Assembly (NCBI GenBank): GCA_951406725.2
Contig: OX597819.1
Coordinates: forward strand, 112,778,001-112,842,000
DNA: 64,000 bases
Reading direction: 5' to 3'
From: Octopus vulgaris
Taxonomy: Eukaryota
In this document: positions 52,439-64,000 of the stretch, one piece after another
Position numbering within the stretch: the stretch's first letter is position 1
Layout: every line of letters starts with the position of its first letter
Position numbers and translations under genes: made by a program
Notes under the pieces: model-generated
Told to the model about the DNA's origin: nothing
Seen by the model: only the letters and a program-made list of their open reading frames with translations
Database searches by the model: none

Positions 52439-53639
52439 TATATATATAGGTGCAGGAGTGGCTGTGTGGTGGGTGGCTTCCTTACCGGTCACATGGTTCT
52501 GGGTTCAGTCCCACTGCATGTCGCCTTGGGCAAGTGTCTTCCACTATAGCCTCGGACTGACCAAAGCCTTGTGAGTGGATTTGGTAGAAGGAAACTGAAA
52601 GAAGCCTATTGTATATATATATGTGTGTGTGTGTGTGCATATATATATATATATGTTCATGTGTGAAATTTCATTCTGTATGAACACTATCAATGGAATA
52701 TGATTGCTAGTCTTGTCATTGAGTAACGTTACCTGTTCCTTCTTTTTGTCACAAAATTGGCTCTTCAATTACTAGCTACTTAAGCAGAATGATAATTTGT
52801 TGCAAGTGTCATTATAACCAACCTTAGACTTAATATAAATTCAAAGTGGGTGATATGACTTCTGAATCACTACTATCATCATCATCATCACCACCACCAC
52901 CACCACCACCACCACCACACCCCTTTCATCATCATCATCATCATCATCATCATCGTCATCGTCGTCATCATCATCATTATCATCATCATCATCATCATTG
53001 TCGTCATCACCACAGCTGCTTAAAGGACCATTAAGTATGCTGGTACATGTAGGACATGTTTCTCATATCAGTACATTTTTCTCAATCCTTAAATTTCAAG
53101 AAAAACTTGATAACAAAGCAGTTAATGCATGATAAAATTTGCGCATTTTCCAAATTGATCTTCGCTATCTCTTTAATCCGAAGCTATATAATTTGTTGAC
53201 ATTATTTGACAGTAAACATCATTAGACGTTAGAAGTTATCTATCACTTAGTGAACAAGAGATAAACTAATCTATAGCATTGTATATTAACATTATAATTG
53301 CTGTGATTATCTAATGAATTTAAGAACTTAATGAACTACTGTGTATATTATGGTAGATTGCATCGTAGTCTAATAGTTATCAAAGAAAGCTGGGTGAAAG
53401 TGAAATTGTAGTTGTGGCCAGAGCTGGTGACAAAGAAAAAAAAAGTTACTGTGCTGGTGACACATGAAAGCATCTGTGCTAGCAGCATGTACAAGGGTCC
53501 CATTTACACCCTGTGGTGTGGTTGGTGTTAGGATGGGCATCCAGCTGTAGAAATCAAGCCAAAAACAGACTGGAGCGTGGCACAGCTCTCTGGCTTACCA
53601 GTTACAATCAAACTGTCTAACACATGCAAGCATGGAAAA

Positions 53640-54205
53640 CTGATGACGACGATGATGATGATGATGACGATGATGACGATGATGATGATGATGACGATGA
53701 TGATCGCCATGGCAATGATGGCGACAATGATGACAGCGACGATGACAATGATGATAGCGACGATGTCAACGATGAAAAGGGGGAAGGGAAGGGGGAATGG
53801 GAAGAGAAGAGAGAGGAGGAGATGGGAAGGCGGAGGGGGGGAAGGCAGAGGGGAGGGGAGAGGGGAAGGCAGAGGGGAGGGGAGAGGGGAATGCAGAGGG
53901 GAGGGGAGAGGGGAAGGCAGAGGGGAGGGGAGAGGGGAAGGCAGTGGGGAGGGGAAGGGAAGGCGGGGAGGGAGGAGATGAGGGGAGGGAGAGGAGGAGG
54001 AGGGGAAGAGGAGAGGAGGAGGTGGTGGTGGTGGAGAGGAGGAGGTGGTGGTGGTGGTGGTGGTGGTGGTGGTGGAGGAGGAGGAGGAGGTTGATGGTTC
54101 TCAAAGTACATCACATTTAGCCATAAAGAACAGCATGTAAATAAGCATTGGGTTGAAAATCCCTTTTCATCATCGTCATCATCATCATCATCATCATCAT
54201 CATTT
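53640..54205. repeat. Low-complexity (GAT/GAC)n, 24-bp G-rich tandem, (GGA/GGT)n and (CAT)n tracts
   Basis: Directly visible; ggcagaggggaggggagaggggaa repeated about 4-5 times. Confidence 0.9.
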
Positions 54206-55013
54206 AATGTCCATCTTCCATGCCGGCATAGATTGGTTGGTTTGACAGGAGCTAAGTCCAGCTGGAGATCCCCGCCAGACTCCATTGTCTGTTTTGGCAT
54301 GGTTTCTATGGCTGGGTAGCCCTACCTTAATGTCAACCATTTTACAGAGTGTACCGGGTGCTTTTTATGTGGCACCAGCACCAGTGCTAGAGTCAAAGGG
54401 TCTTTTTGCCCAATATTTGCATGTTATTCTTTATAGCTGCACGTGATGTGCTTAGAGAACCATTATTCAAAAAAAAAATTATTTCACATTATTCTCTCAA
54501 AAGTTTATAAAATTCCTACGACTTCAACATGATACGTGTTATTTTTAATTTATATTTGTTGAATGTCATACAAAAACCTATATTTTGTAACATTCTAGTC
54601 ACAACAGCATAAGGACACAGAAAAACAATTCATAACAAGGAAGTAGCCTTGTTCTGCACCTTTTCTAACTCAGAACAACATGCAATTAAAACACTTGGAG
54701 TCAAATTTGAGATGTCGCAATATCTGAAGATCTTTTCTAATGCAACCAGATACAGAACATATGTAAAATTATGCTGCAGAATCTAATTTTCCTCTTCAGT
54801 GATGATATATGCATCACATTTGATCAGTTGCTAACCCTCTGCAAAGTTGAAACATGCACAAGCATATTAGACACAGCCAAATTTCAGTGGTGCATATTTT
54901 GGAAAAAGATTTTTTTTAGAGTATTAAAACATGTAATATGGTCCCTCTACTTCACATATAAGAGCTGGTGGGTATTTTTTGAGAAAATCTTTTGGGAAAG
55001 ATGAGCATTAAAA

Positions 55014-55510
55014 GATGATGATGATGATGATGGTGACAATGATGACGATGGCGATGATGAATTTGATGGTGATGATGATGATGATGTCGGCGACAACAAT
55101 GATAGCGATGGCAATGATGATGATAATGATGATGACAACGAGGACGATGACAATGATGAATTTGATGATGATGATGATGATGATGACGACGATGACGATG
55201 ACATCGATGAATTTGATGAAGATGATGATGATGGTGATGATGATGGTGATGTCGACGACGACAACGATAGTGATGGCAATGACAATGATGATGATAATGA
55301 TGATAATGGCAATGATGACAACAATACTGCTGCCCTTCCTAATGCCAACCACTCTGGCAACGGCCAAGATCGGTTGGTGCTTTTTACGTGCCACCGGTAC
55401 AAAGGCCAGTTGAGGCGGCGCTGGCAACGGCCATGTTCGGATGGTTCTTTTACATGCCTCCGGCACTGGTATCACAACTACAATTTCCATTGATTTTTGA
55501 TCGATTTTGA
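55014..55510. repeat. Degenerate (GAT)n tract followed by a reverse family D fragment
   Basis: Directly visible. Confidence 0.8.
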
Positions 55511-56396
55511 TTTCAGCTTCCATATTATTTTCATGAACACAAATTCACTCACAAAGCTTGGATGATTCAAAGGCTTTATTTGGAGATAGCTTCTCAAGGT
55601 ACCATGCAAGGGGATTGAATTTAAAACTTTATGGCTGCGAAGCAAACATTTTAACCACATAGTTACACACCTATTACTTTTGAAGGCTTGCCAAGCTAGG
55701 CTTGAGGTCATTCATTATCTTGCTCGAAATTTGTTACAGTAGAAATTTGGTCTTTAAAACTAATTACATTGATAGAACATTTGCGGATGAGATTCCTTCC
55801 TGTCGTTTTATCAACCAAAAGTATCATGTTCCTGCACCGGATACCAATTGAACAATTGACTAATAATACTACTGATATTTGTCATGGTGATGATGGGGAT
55901 GGTGGCTGATGTGGTGGTAGAAGTGGAGAAGCAGAAGGAGTGGCAGAGGGAGTAGATGTTGTAACGGTGGTGGTGGTGGTGGTGGTGGTGGTAATAGTAG
56001 TAGCTGTTGTTGTTATTGTGAAGTGAGGCCACCGGACGGAGGAAAATTATTGTAATACTAGTGGACGTGACGATGGTGGTGCTAGTGGGAATGATGTTCT
56101 TAGTGGTGGTGGTGGTGGTGGTGGTGGTGGTGGTGGTGGTGGTGGTGGTAGTGATGCTGGCAGTATCAGTAGTGCAGGTGCTGGTGGTCCTCACCAGTGA
56201 TGGTAGTCATGATGAGGATAACGATGATTACATAGGTGGAGGGGGTTGTGATGGTGGTGGTGGTTGTGGTGGTGGTGGTGGTAGTGGTTGTGGTGGTGGT
56301 GGTGGTTTGTTTGTGTGTATTTTGGCTAATCATTATGATGAAATTAAACAGCATTTACAAAATATTGCTGATGATAAACTCCATTCACTAAGTTTA

Positions 56397-56811
56397 GGCA
56401 GCAAGCTGGCAGAGTGGTTAGCACGCCGGGTGAAATGCTTAGCGGTATTTCGTCTGCCGTTACGTTCTGAGTTCAAATTCCACTGAGGTCAACTTTGCTT
56501 TTCATCTTTCGGGGTCGACAAATTAAGTACCAGTTACGCACTGGGGTCGATGTAATCAACTTAATCCTTTTGTCAGTCCTTGTTTGTCCCCTCTACATTT
56601 AGCCCCTTGTGGGCAATAAAGAAATAAGAAATGTTAGCATGCCAGGCAAAATGCTTAGTGATATTTCTACTGTCTTTATGTTCTGAGTTCAAATTCTGCT
56701 GAGGTTGACTTTGCCTTTCATCCTTTTGGGGTTGATAAATTAAGAACCAGTTGCATACTGGGGTTGATCTAATCAACTGGCCCCCTCCTCCAAATTTCAG
56801 GCCTTGTGCCT
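56397..56811 (+). mobile_element. Dimeric SINE family B
   Basis: Same structure; second unit strongly CpG-decayed. Confidence 0.85.
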
Positions 56812-56960
56812 GAGAGAAAATAAAAAAACATTTTCATCTGTCTGACTGTCAGTCTATTTAGCAAGCAAGCTATCTCTCAACTAGTCTCTGTTTGTCAGCC
56901 TATTTGTCATGCCTTCTATCTTGTATATATCTCAAACTATATATCTAGGGTTTCATTCAC

Positions 56961-56991
<31 letters not shown>

Positions 56992-57291
56992 ATGTATATA
57001 TGAATGTGTGCTTGTGTGGATGTCTGTGTGTTAGTATGTATGTGAATATGTGCATGTGTGTTTGTATGTATGTGTGCATATATGTGTATGTGTATGTATG
57101 CTTGAATGTAATACAGCCATGAAAACAACAGGAAGATTGGGTATTTTACCCTTGTAAGACAGAAAAAGTTGTCAGCAGATAACCATGGGATTCCTCAAAT
57201 ACCGGCTGAGAACTCAATCATTACGCTAAATGGCCCACTGACAACAACCACCATCAAATTAAATCCTAAATAATAATAATAGCTTTTGGAA

Positions 57292-57327
<36 letters not shown>

Positions 57328-57704
57328 TAAATTAGAGAGAAAGAGATGTATTTCATTGTTATATTGATCTCCTCTGTTAGTAATCTGCAATTTTATTGGA
57401 ATATAATTTTATCACATTATGCTAAGATATCTTGGTGAAGGAGTCTTTGGCGAATCTACTGTTTAGTTTGCCACTCTGCTCCTGACATGAATACTTTGGA
57501 TTTCAGCATGACTTATAGTATTCCCCATGGGCCTTATTTTGATTCTGAGCATGGTTGTGCTGGTTAAAAAAACTGGCTTAACCATGTGCTTTCAGGTTTA
57601 GTCTCACCATATTGCATCTTGAGCAAGTGTCTTCTCTCTTAGCCCTGGTCTACATAATGACAGACAGAAGCTGTATGAAACTTGTGTGTATAAATTTTCT
57701 ATTT

Positions 57705-58365
57705 CTTTTACTTGTTTGAGTCATTTGACTGTGGCCATGCTGGAGCACCGCCTTTAGTCAAGCGAATCGACCCCGGGACTTATCCTTTGTAGGCCTAGTA
57801 CTTGTTCTGGCGGTCTCTTTTGCTGAACCGCTAGGTTACGGGGACGTAAACACACCAGCATTGGTTGTCAAGTGATGTTCAGGGGGACAAACATATACAT
57901 ACACACACATACATACAAATCAAAACAAATCAAAATAGATGAACATCAATGGAATTTGTATCTTTGTGGTACCAGTGCCGGTGGCACGTGGCACACAAGA
58001 AAACCATCCGAACGTGGCCGTAGCCAGTACCGCATCGACTGGCCTCCGTGCTGTGGGCACGTAACAAGCACCATCCGAGCGTGGCCGTCTGCCAGCCTCG
58101 TCTGGCACCTGTGTCGGTGGCACATAAAAAACACCATCCGAGCGTGGCCGTTTGCCAGCCTCGTCTGGCACCTGTGTCGGTGGCACATAAAATCACCCAC
58201 TACACTCTTGGAGTGGTTGGCGTTAGGAAGGGCATCCAGCTGTAGAAACACTGCCAGATCTGACTGGACTGGTGCAGCTTTCGGGCTCCCCAGACCCCAG
58301 TTGAACCGTCCAACCCATGCTAGCATGGAAGGCGGACGTTAAATGATGATGATGATGATGATGAT
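57705..58365. mobile_element. SINE A 3' half (minus, 57705-57893) followed by a family D copy (plus, 57918-58365)
   Basis: Similarity to other copies in the window. Confidence 0.8.
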
Positions 58366-58419
58366 ATGGAAAAAAAAGTCAAGATAGAAAATGCTAAAAT
58401 TATTTTATAAAAAACATTT

Positions 58420-58455
58420 CAGTACCGGTTTCAGTCATTGAGACTTTTTCAACTG
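58420..58455 (-). ncRNA. Minimal type-I hammerhead motif, U3:A8 variant
   Basis: CAG-TTGAAAA-AGTC tcaat GACT-GAAA-CCGG-TA-CTG. Confidence 0.5.
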
Positions 58456-58617
58456 TAACAATTAAGTAATTAAATTTCGAAAAATTAAAAGAAAAGTTTT
58501 TTTAAAAGAATATTTGCATAGTGTTCAAATACAAGTGGCATTTTCCTTGTTTCTGCCTGTCTCTGTTTTTCTTGTTTACTCTTGTGGGTTCGAGATCCTT
58601 GTGTATATATATACTCA

Positions 58618-59269
58618 ACATCATCATCATCATCGTCGTTTAATGTCCATTTTCCATGCTGACATGGGTTGGATGGTTTGACCAGAGCTGGCAAGCTGGA
58701 AGGCTGCACCATACTCCAGCCTGATCTTGGCATGGTTTCTACAGTTGGTTGCCCTTCTTAATGCCAGCTACTCTGAGATTGTAATGGGTGCTTTTACACG
58801 CCACTGACATGGGTGCCATTTGCATGACACCAGTATCTGTCACGACTATGATTTTAACTTGGCTTGATGGGTTTTCTTCTCAAGCCTGGCATAATACCAA
58901 AGGTCTTACATATTTTTCATTGGCTCCAAGAGGCCTAACGCTCAAAAGGTGTTTTTCACGTGTCACCAGCATTGGCTACCTTGCCTCCACGAGGACCAAT
59001 ACTTGAAAAGTGCTTTTTATGTGCCACCAGCAAAAGTGACACTTATGTGATACCAGCATCAGTCCCAGCTACGATTTCACTTAGCTTGACGGATTTTCTC
59101 AATTACAGCATATTGCCAAAGGTTTTGGTCACTAGTCATTGCCTCCATGAGGCCCAAAGTTCAAAGATCATACTTCACTACTTTCTCCCATGTCTTTCTG
59201 GGTCTACCTCTACCACAGGTTCCCTCCACAGCTAGAGATTGGCACCACTTTACACAGCTGTCCTCATTC
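58618..59269 (-). mobile_element. RTE LINE 3' end: ORF C-terminus plus family D 3' UTR
   Basis: NEDSCVKWCQSLAVEGTCGRGRPRKTWEKVVKYDL*TLGLMEAMTSDQNLWQYAV followed directly by family D units and (GAT)n. Confidence 0.85.
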
Positions 59270-59804
59270 TGTGTGTGTGTGTGTGCGTGCGCATGTGTGT
59301 GTTATATGTGTGCATATGTTTATGCATGCATGTGAGTGTGTGTTGTGTTTTGTGTGTGTGTGTGTGTGTGTGTATCTGTGTGTGCAACAGTAACAAACAG
59401 TTTGTTCAGAACAAAAACAACAAAACACCAAAAACATCTAGCCCAGTATATCCATCATGACTACCCATCTGATAAGAGTACACTAGACGCATTCATCACA
59501 ACCTTGTGTGCACGACATGGTTATCCCATATCAACATGAACAGTGCATGACCTTGCAAGTGAGGCCAAGTTAGAATTTTCTTCAGGTCAAAGTGACACTG
59601 GAGTAAAATATACAAAGTTTAGTATACCCATCATGACTATCCATCTGATAAGGGTACACTAGACACATGCATCACAACCTTGTGTGCGCAACATGGTGAT
59701 CTCATATCAAGATAAACAGTCCTTGACCTTGCAGGTGGGGGCCAGTTAAAATTTTCTTCAGGTCGAGTAGCCCATCCTGCTCAAATAGTCGTTGAATATT
59801 TTAT

Positions 59805-59957
59805 TATTACGAAGGTACAGCAGATAGGAAAACTCATTCTGATCGTTCTGATAAGAAAAGAACTCCTGAATTTCTTGGTGACATCCAGGCCATGATTAAC
59901 ATCAATCCTTCCAAGTCAATCAGATCCATCGCCAGGGATATGGGAGTGTCTCAGTTT
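59805..59957 (+). mobile_element. Tc1/mariner-type transposase HTH fragment
   Basis: RKTHSDRSDKKRTPEFLGDIQAMININPSKSIRSIARDMGVSQF. Confidence 0.65.
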
Positions 59958-60130
59958 GAATATACCTAATTCTATTAGCTATTATAACCACCAATATCTG
60001 AATGATTTTATGTTAGTATATGCTCTGTGCGTAAACATGAACCAAAATAGTCGACACAAGTCACTTAAGCTTTTAGGACTAATGTCTAGTATGCATTTTT
60101 CTTTTGAGTTTTATTTGTGTTCTTCTTCAG

Positions 60131-60214
60131 AGAGTTCAGGTCAGCCACTGACAAAGCAACAAGACGTTTTGAGTTAGGACAGCTTCTGGTGTTTGTAAAT
60201 ATGTGGTTAAGTTG
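60131..60214 (+). other. Putative 84-nt internal exon
   Basis: Polypyrimidine acceptor tgtgttcttcttcAG, donor TTG|GTGAGT, one frame open (EFRSATDKATRRFELGQLLVFVNMWLS). Confidence 0.25.
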
Positions 60215-60364
60215 GTGAGTTGGTTGAGCTGTCGATGCACACAATGAAGCGTGTGTATCTATTCACATAAGAAATCTGAGACCGAAATCTTTGCTGTGCC
60301 AATAATAGATTAGATTTGGAGAATCTGTGTTAGTTTCTTTTCCTTTTTATTCAAAAAAACTTAG

Positions 60365-60396
<32 letters not shown>

Positions 60397-60447
60397 TGTA
60401 TGTATGTATGTATGTATGCATGCATGAATGTGTATATGTATGAATGA

Positions 60448-60800
60448 CTAAAAAACACCATTCATGCATGACGGTTACCGGCATCGCCTTACTGACACTT
60501 GTGCCTGTGGCATGTGAAAAACATTCGAATGAGGTCATTGCCAGTGCCACTAGACTGGCTCCTGTGCAGGTGGGATGTAAAAAATACCATTTGAGCGTGT
60601 CCGTTGCCAGTACCACCTGACTGGCCCTCATGCCACTGGCACACAAAATCACCCACTACACTCTCAGAGTGGTTGGCATTAGGAAGGGCATCCAGCTGTA
60701 GAAACTCTGCCAGATCAGATTGGAGCCTGGTGCAGCCAACCGGTTTGTCGGTCCTCAGTCAAATCGCCCAACCCATGCTAGCATGGAAAGCAGACGTTAA

Positions 60801-60840
<40 letters not shown>
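60448..60840 (+). mobile_element. RTE 3' UTR repeat (family D), CpG-decayed
   Basis: Family D body and (GAT)n tail. Confidence 0.8.
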
Positions 60841-61026
60841 CTGCATGTATATATGCATGTCTTAATGTTTGTATGTGTGTGTGTGTATGAATGTATATAC
60901 ATGCGTGTGTGTGTGTATTTGTATGTATGTTCCTATGTATGTATGCATATACAATCATACACACATACACTTATATACATTTATTTGTGCATATTTATAT
61001 ACAAGCTTGCATGCAAATGTATATGA

Positions 61027-61068
<42 letters not shown>

Positions 61069-61358
61069 ATGTGTGTGTGTGTCTGTGTGTGTGTGTGTGT
61101 CTGTGTGCCTTCCAATGAGTTAGAACCATGAAAGATATAAACATTTGGGAGGTGCTCTGTGAATAAAATTCTTCAAATCAAAATAGACATTTCCTTATCC
61201 CTCTCACCATCAGAATTGTAGTGAATTTACGATTGGTCCATTGGAATTCTATGGTCAGTGACATCCTTGGTCACGTTATTACAATATGAATTACTTATAA
61301 GATATAAATATATAATGAAGTTGTGAGAAAGAGGTGAAATTTTCTTAATTAGGTATGT

Positions 61359-61404
<46 letters not shown>

Positions 61405-61831
61405 AAAGACACATGTTGAAGGAGCCTCTTGACTTAAATGGCAGCACAGGACGAAAAACAAACAACTTAAAGTGAGTCAGTTTGAAGAATTGAGCTAGTT
61501 TCTAGCCTCTCCGTGTGCATGTATGTATGTGTGCGTTTGTACACATGTGTGCGCGCATGTGTGTGTGAGTGTGTGTGTGTTTGCATGTATGTGGTATTTC
61601 AGATAAGGCATCTATATATATGTGTGTGTGTCTGTGTTTTCACAAGCACACACTCATCCATATATATAAATATGTACACATATGTTTGCATACATACATA
61701 TGCATACATGCATAAATTCACGCACGCATGCATAAATTCACGCACGCATGCATATTTATATGTGTGTGGATGTTTGTGTATGTACTGTGTGTGTGTGTGT
61801 ACATATATATATACATACATATATGTGTATG

Positions 61832-61913
<82 letters not shown>

Positions 61914-62184
61914 CGTATATATATTGATATATATATATATGCATATATATATATATAAACGTATAAGATCGTTAATTTAAAGATAAAACAATGATTGGAA
62001 AAAATAACCTTCAAAGGTAATAATTATTAAAATTATAAATTAGGGTATCTATGAGATACCACCATGCTGAAAATAGCAGCCATGATCTGACTCTAAAACC
62101 ACCTTAATTGTCCACATATGAACACGGAGAGAAAACAAAGAGACAAAATGAAACTAGTAAAAAGTTAATGATGAGGGTTCCAGC

Positions 62185-62466
62185 TGATAAGATCAATGGA
62201 ACACCTTGCTCATGAAATTAACGAGCAAGTGGCTGAGCACTCTACAAACATGTGTACCCTTAATGTAGTTCTTGAGGAGATTCAGCAGGACACAGAGTGT
62301 GACAAAGCTGGCCCTTTGAATTACAGGTACTACTCATCTTTGCCAGCCAAGTAAACTGGAGCAATGTGAAATAGTGTCTTGCTCAAGGAGACAATGTGTC
62401 ACTGGGAATTGAACTCACAACCTTATGATCGTGAGCCAAATGCCCTAACCACTAAGCCATATGCCT
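62185..62466 (-). mobile_element. SINE family C-related copy with a different tail
   Basis: tRNA-like head and ttgagcaagacact central domain; tail shared with fragment 6840-6965. Confidence 0.7.
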
Positions 62467-62475
62467 TTACACACA

Positions 62476-62506
<31 letters not shown>

Positions 62507-62619
62507 TGATAAAACGGTAAGATAACAAAAGAAAGAAAGAGACCTCAATATTATGTAAATAGAGGAAATTTATCTATACAATATGTTGACTACCGAGTAA
62601 TGTAACATATTGTATAGAT

Positions 62620-62716
<97 letters not shown>

Positions 62717-62721
62717 GAGAC

Positions 62722-62786
<65 letters not shown>

Positions 62787-63440
62787 TAGATATATATGGA
62801 TATATATATAGAGAGATAAATATATAGATATATATGTGTATGTCTGTGTGTGTGTGTGTGTGTATACTTACATCTGTAGGTATGTGCGTGAGTGCATCTG
62901 TGCAAGTGTTTTTATTTGTGTTCATGCAAGTGTATCTGGATGTTTAATAAGGAAATGTATGCTGAACTCATTACACAGATATCATATCTTTGGGACAAGC
63001 TTTTAGCTAAATCATTGGCCACACCACACAGCACAACCACACTCACCTAACACTCACACCACACTCAGACAGCAACATCACACAAAAACCATACACCCTC
63101 CATACCAACCACACAACACCACAGCATAACTACACCAAGCATGTTTCTTGATTGCTGAAAGAAACTTCACATCAACAGTCAGATCCGTTTACAGTCTGAA
63201 TGATAAGGAATGATAAACAGGCACAAATATATTTCCATGACACTCTTTTATAATGTATGATTTAGTGTGAAGAAGAAGGACCCCTAGCCATTGCAAAGCC
63301 TCCAAAAGAATGCTTGGTGGTGTTGGTGGTGGTAGATATATGAAGGTCCACCATAAACAGTTTCTATATATATATATATATATAGAGCATGGAAAGCAGC
63401 CATTAAACGATGATATATATCTATATATATTAATATATGT

Positions 63441-63475
<35 letters not shown>

Positions 63476-63759
63476 GATAAGAGTAAATAATTTCTATAAA
63501 GGCCTTTAAAAAAAACCCAATTATTTACTGGTAGAATTCGGTATGTAAATATAGCCGATTACCGGCAGGAACTTCTGTAAAGTTCAGTATATATATTGTA
63601 TATAAATATATGAGTAGTGCTGGACCCTAATTATAATTATACTCATAATTATAAATTTTTATGTATAAGTTTACTGATAATGGTTCTTTTAACATGCCGA
63701 ACTACTTGGTAAAATTATTAATTATTAATTAATTGATTAATTTTGCCCTTTATTAGTAT

Positions 63760-63825
<66 letters not shown>

Positions 63826-63891
63826 ATGTGTGTGTGTGTATGTATATATACATATACATACATGTATACATATGTATGTATGTATGTATTT

Positions 63892-64000
63892 GTATCTGTG
63901 TTTGTCCTCCCACCATCACTTGACAACTGATGTTGGTGTGTTTAAGCTCTCCCCACCCCGTAACATAGTCGTTCAGCAAAAGAGACCAATAGAATAAGTA
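63892..64000 (+). mobile_element. SINE family A 3' half, cut by the window end
   Basis: tgtttgtcctcccaccatcacttgacaactgatgttggtgtg. Confidence 0.75.

Noticed and set aside
55685-55860. CpG-retaining unique stretch as a possible exon
   Set aside because: Several short frames are open but there is no convincing acceptor/donor pair or recognisable peptide
53577-56486. Long poly-M/D/G/S/T ORFs
   Set aside because: Trinucleotide tracts, partly retroelement tails; no splice or domain support

Overview
This is AT-rich eukaryotic genomic DNA dominated by microsatellites and transposable elements. It is most likely octopus (coleoid cephalopod); this is inferred from a decayed EKPYHCxIC-type C2H2 zinc-finger array and octopus-like tRNA-derived SINEs. 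No complete host gene is recognisable, and most ORFs in the track are translated microsatellites. The only long intact ORF (45619-47403) is the 5'-truncated RT plus restriction-like endonuclease (REL) of an R4/Dong-type non-LTR retrotransposon. It sits in a same-strand array of 5-6 such insertions separated by (TAA)n tracts. Other elements include RTE, CR1, Tx1/L1, Hero-like and Gypsy fragments, two decayed mariners, Merlin-, Tigger-, hAT- and piggyBac-type MITEs, a Helentron-like element, three SINE families and Penelope-like terminal fragments. Notable observations: (1) the (TAA)n-targeted retrotransposon array, plus one copy at a CR1 tail; (2) several minimal type-I hammerhead ribozyme motifs, including a U3:A8 covariant; (3) a Merlin-like MITE family with internal telomeric repeats, including a 756-bp foldback; (4) apparent CpG-depleted domains at both ends of the window, suggesting methylated gene bodies, with a few candidate exons. 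All calls were made by eye without database searches.
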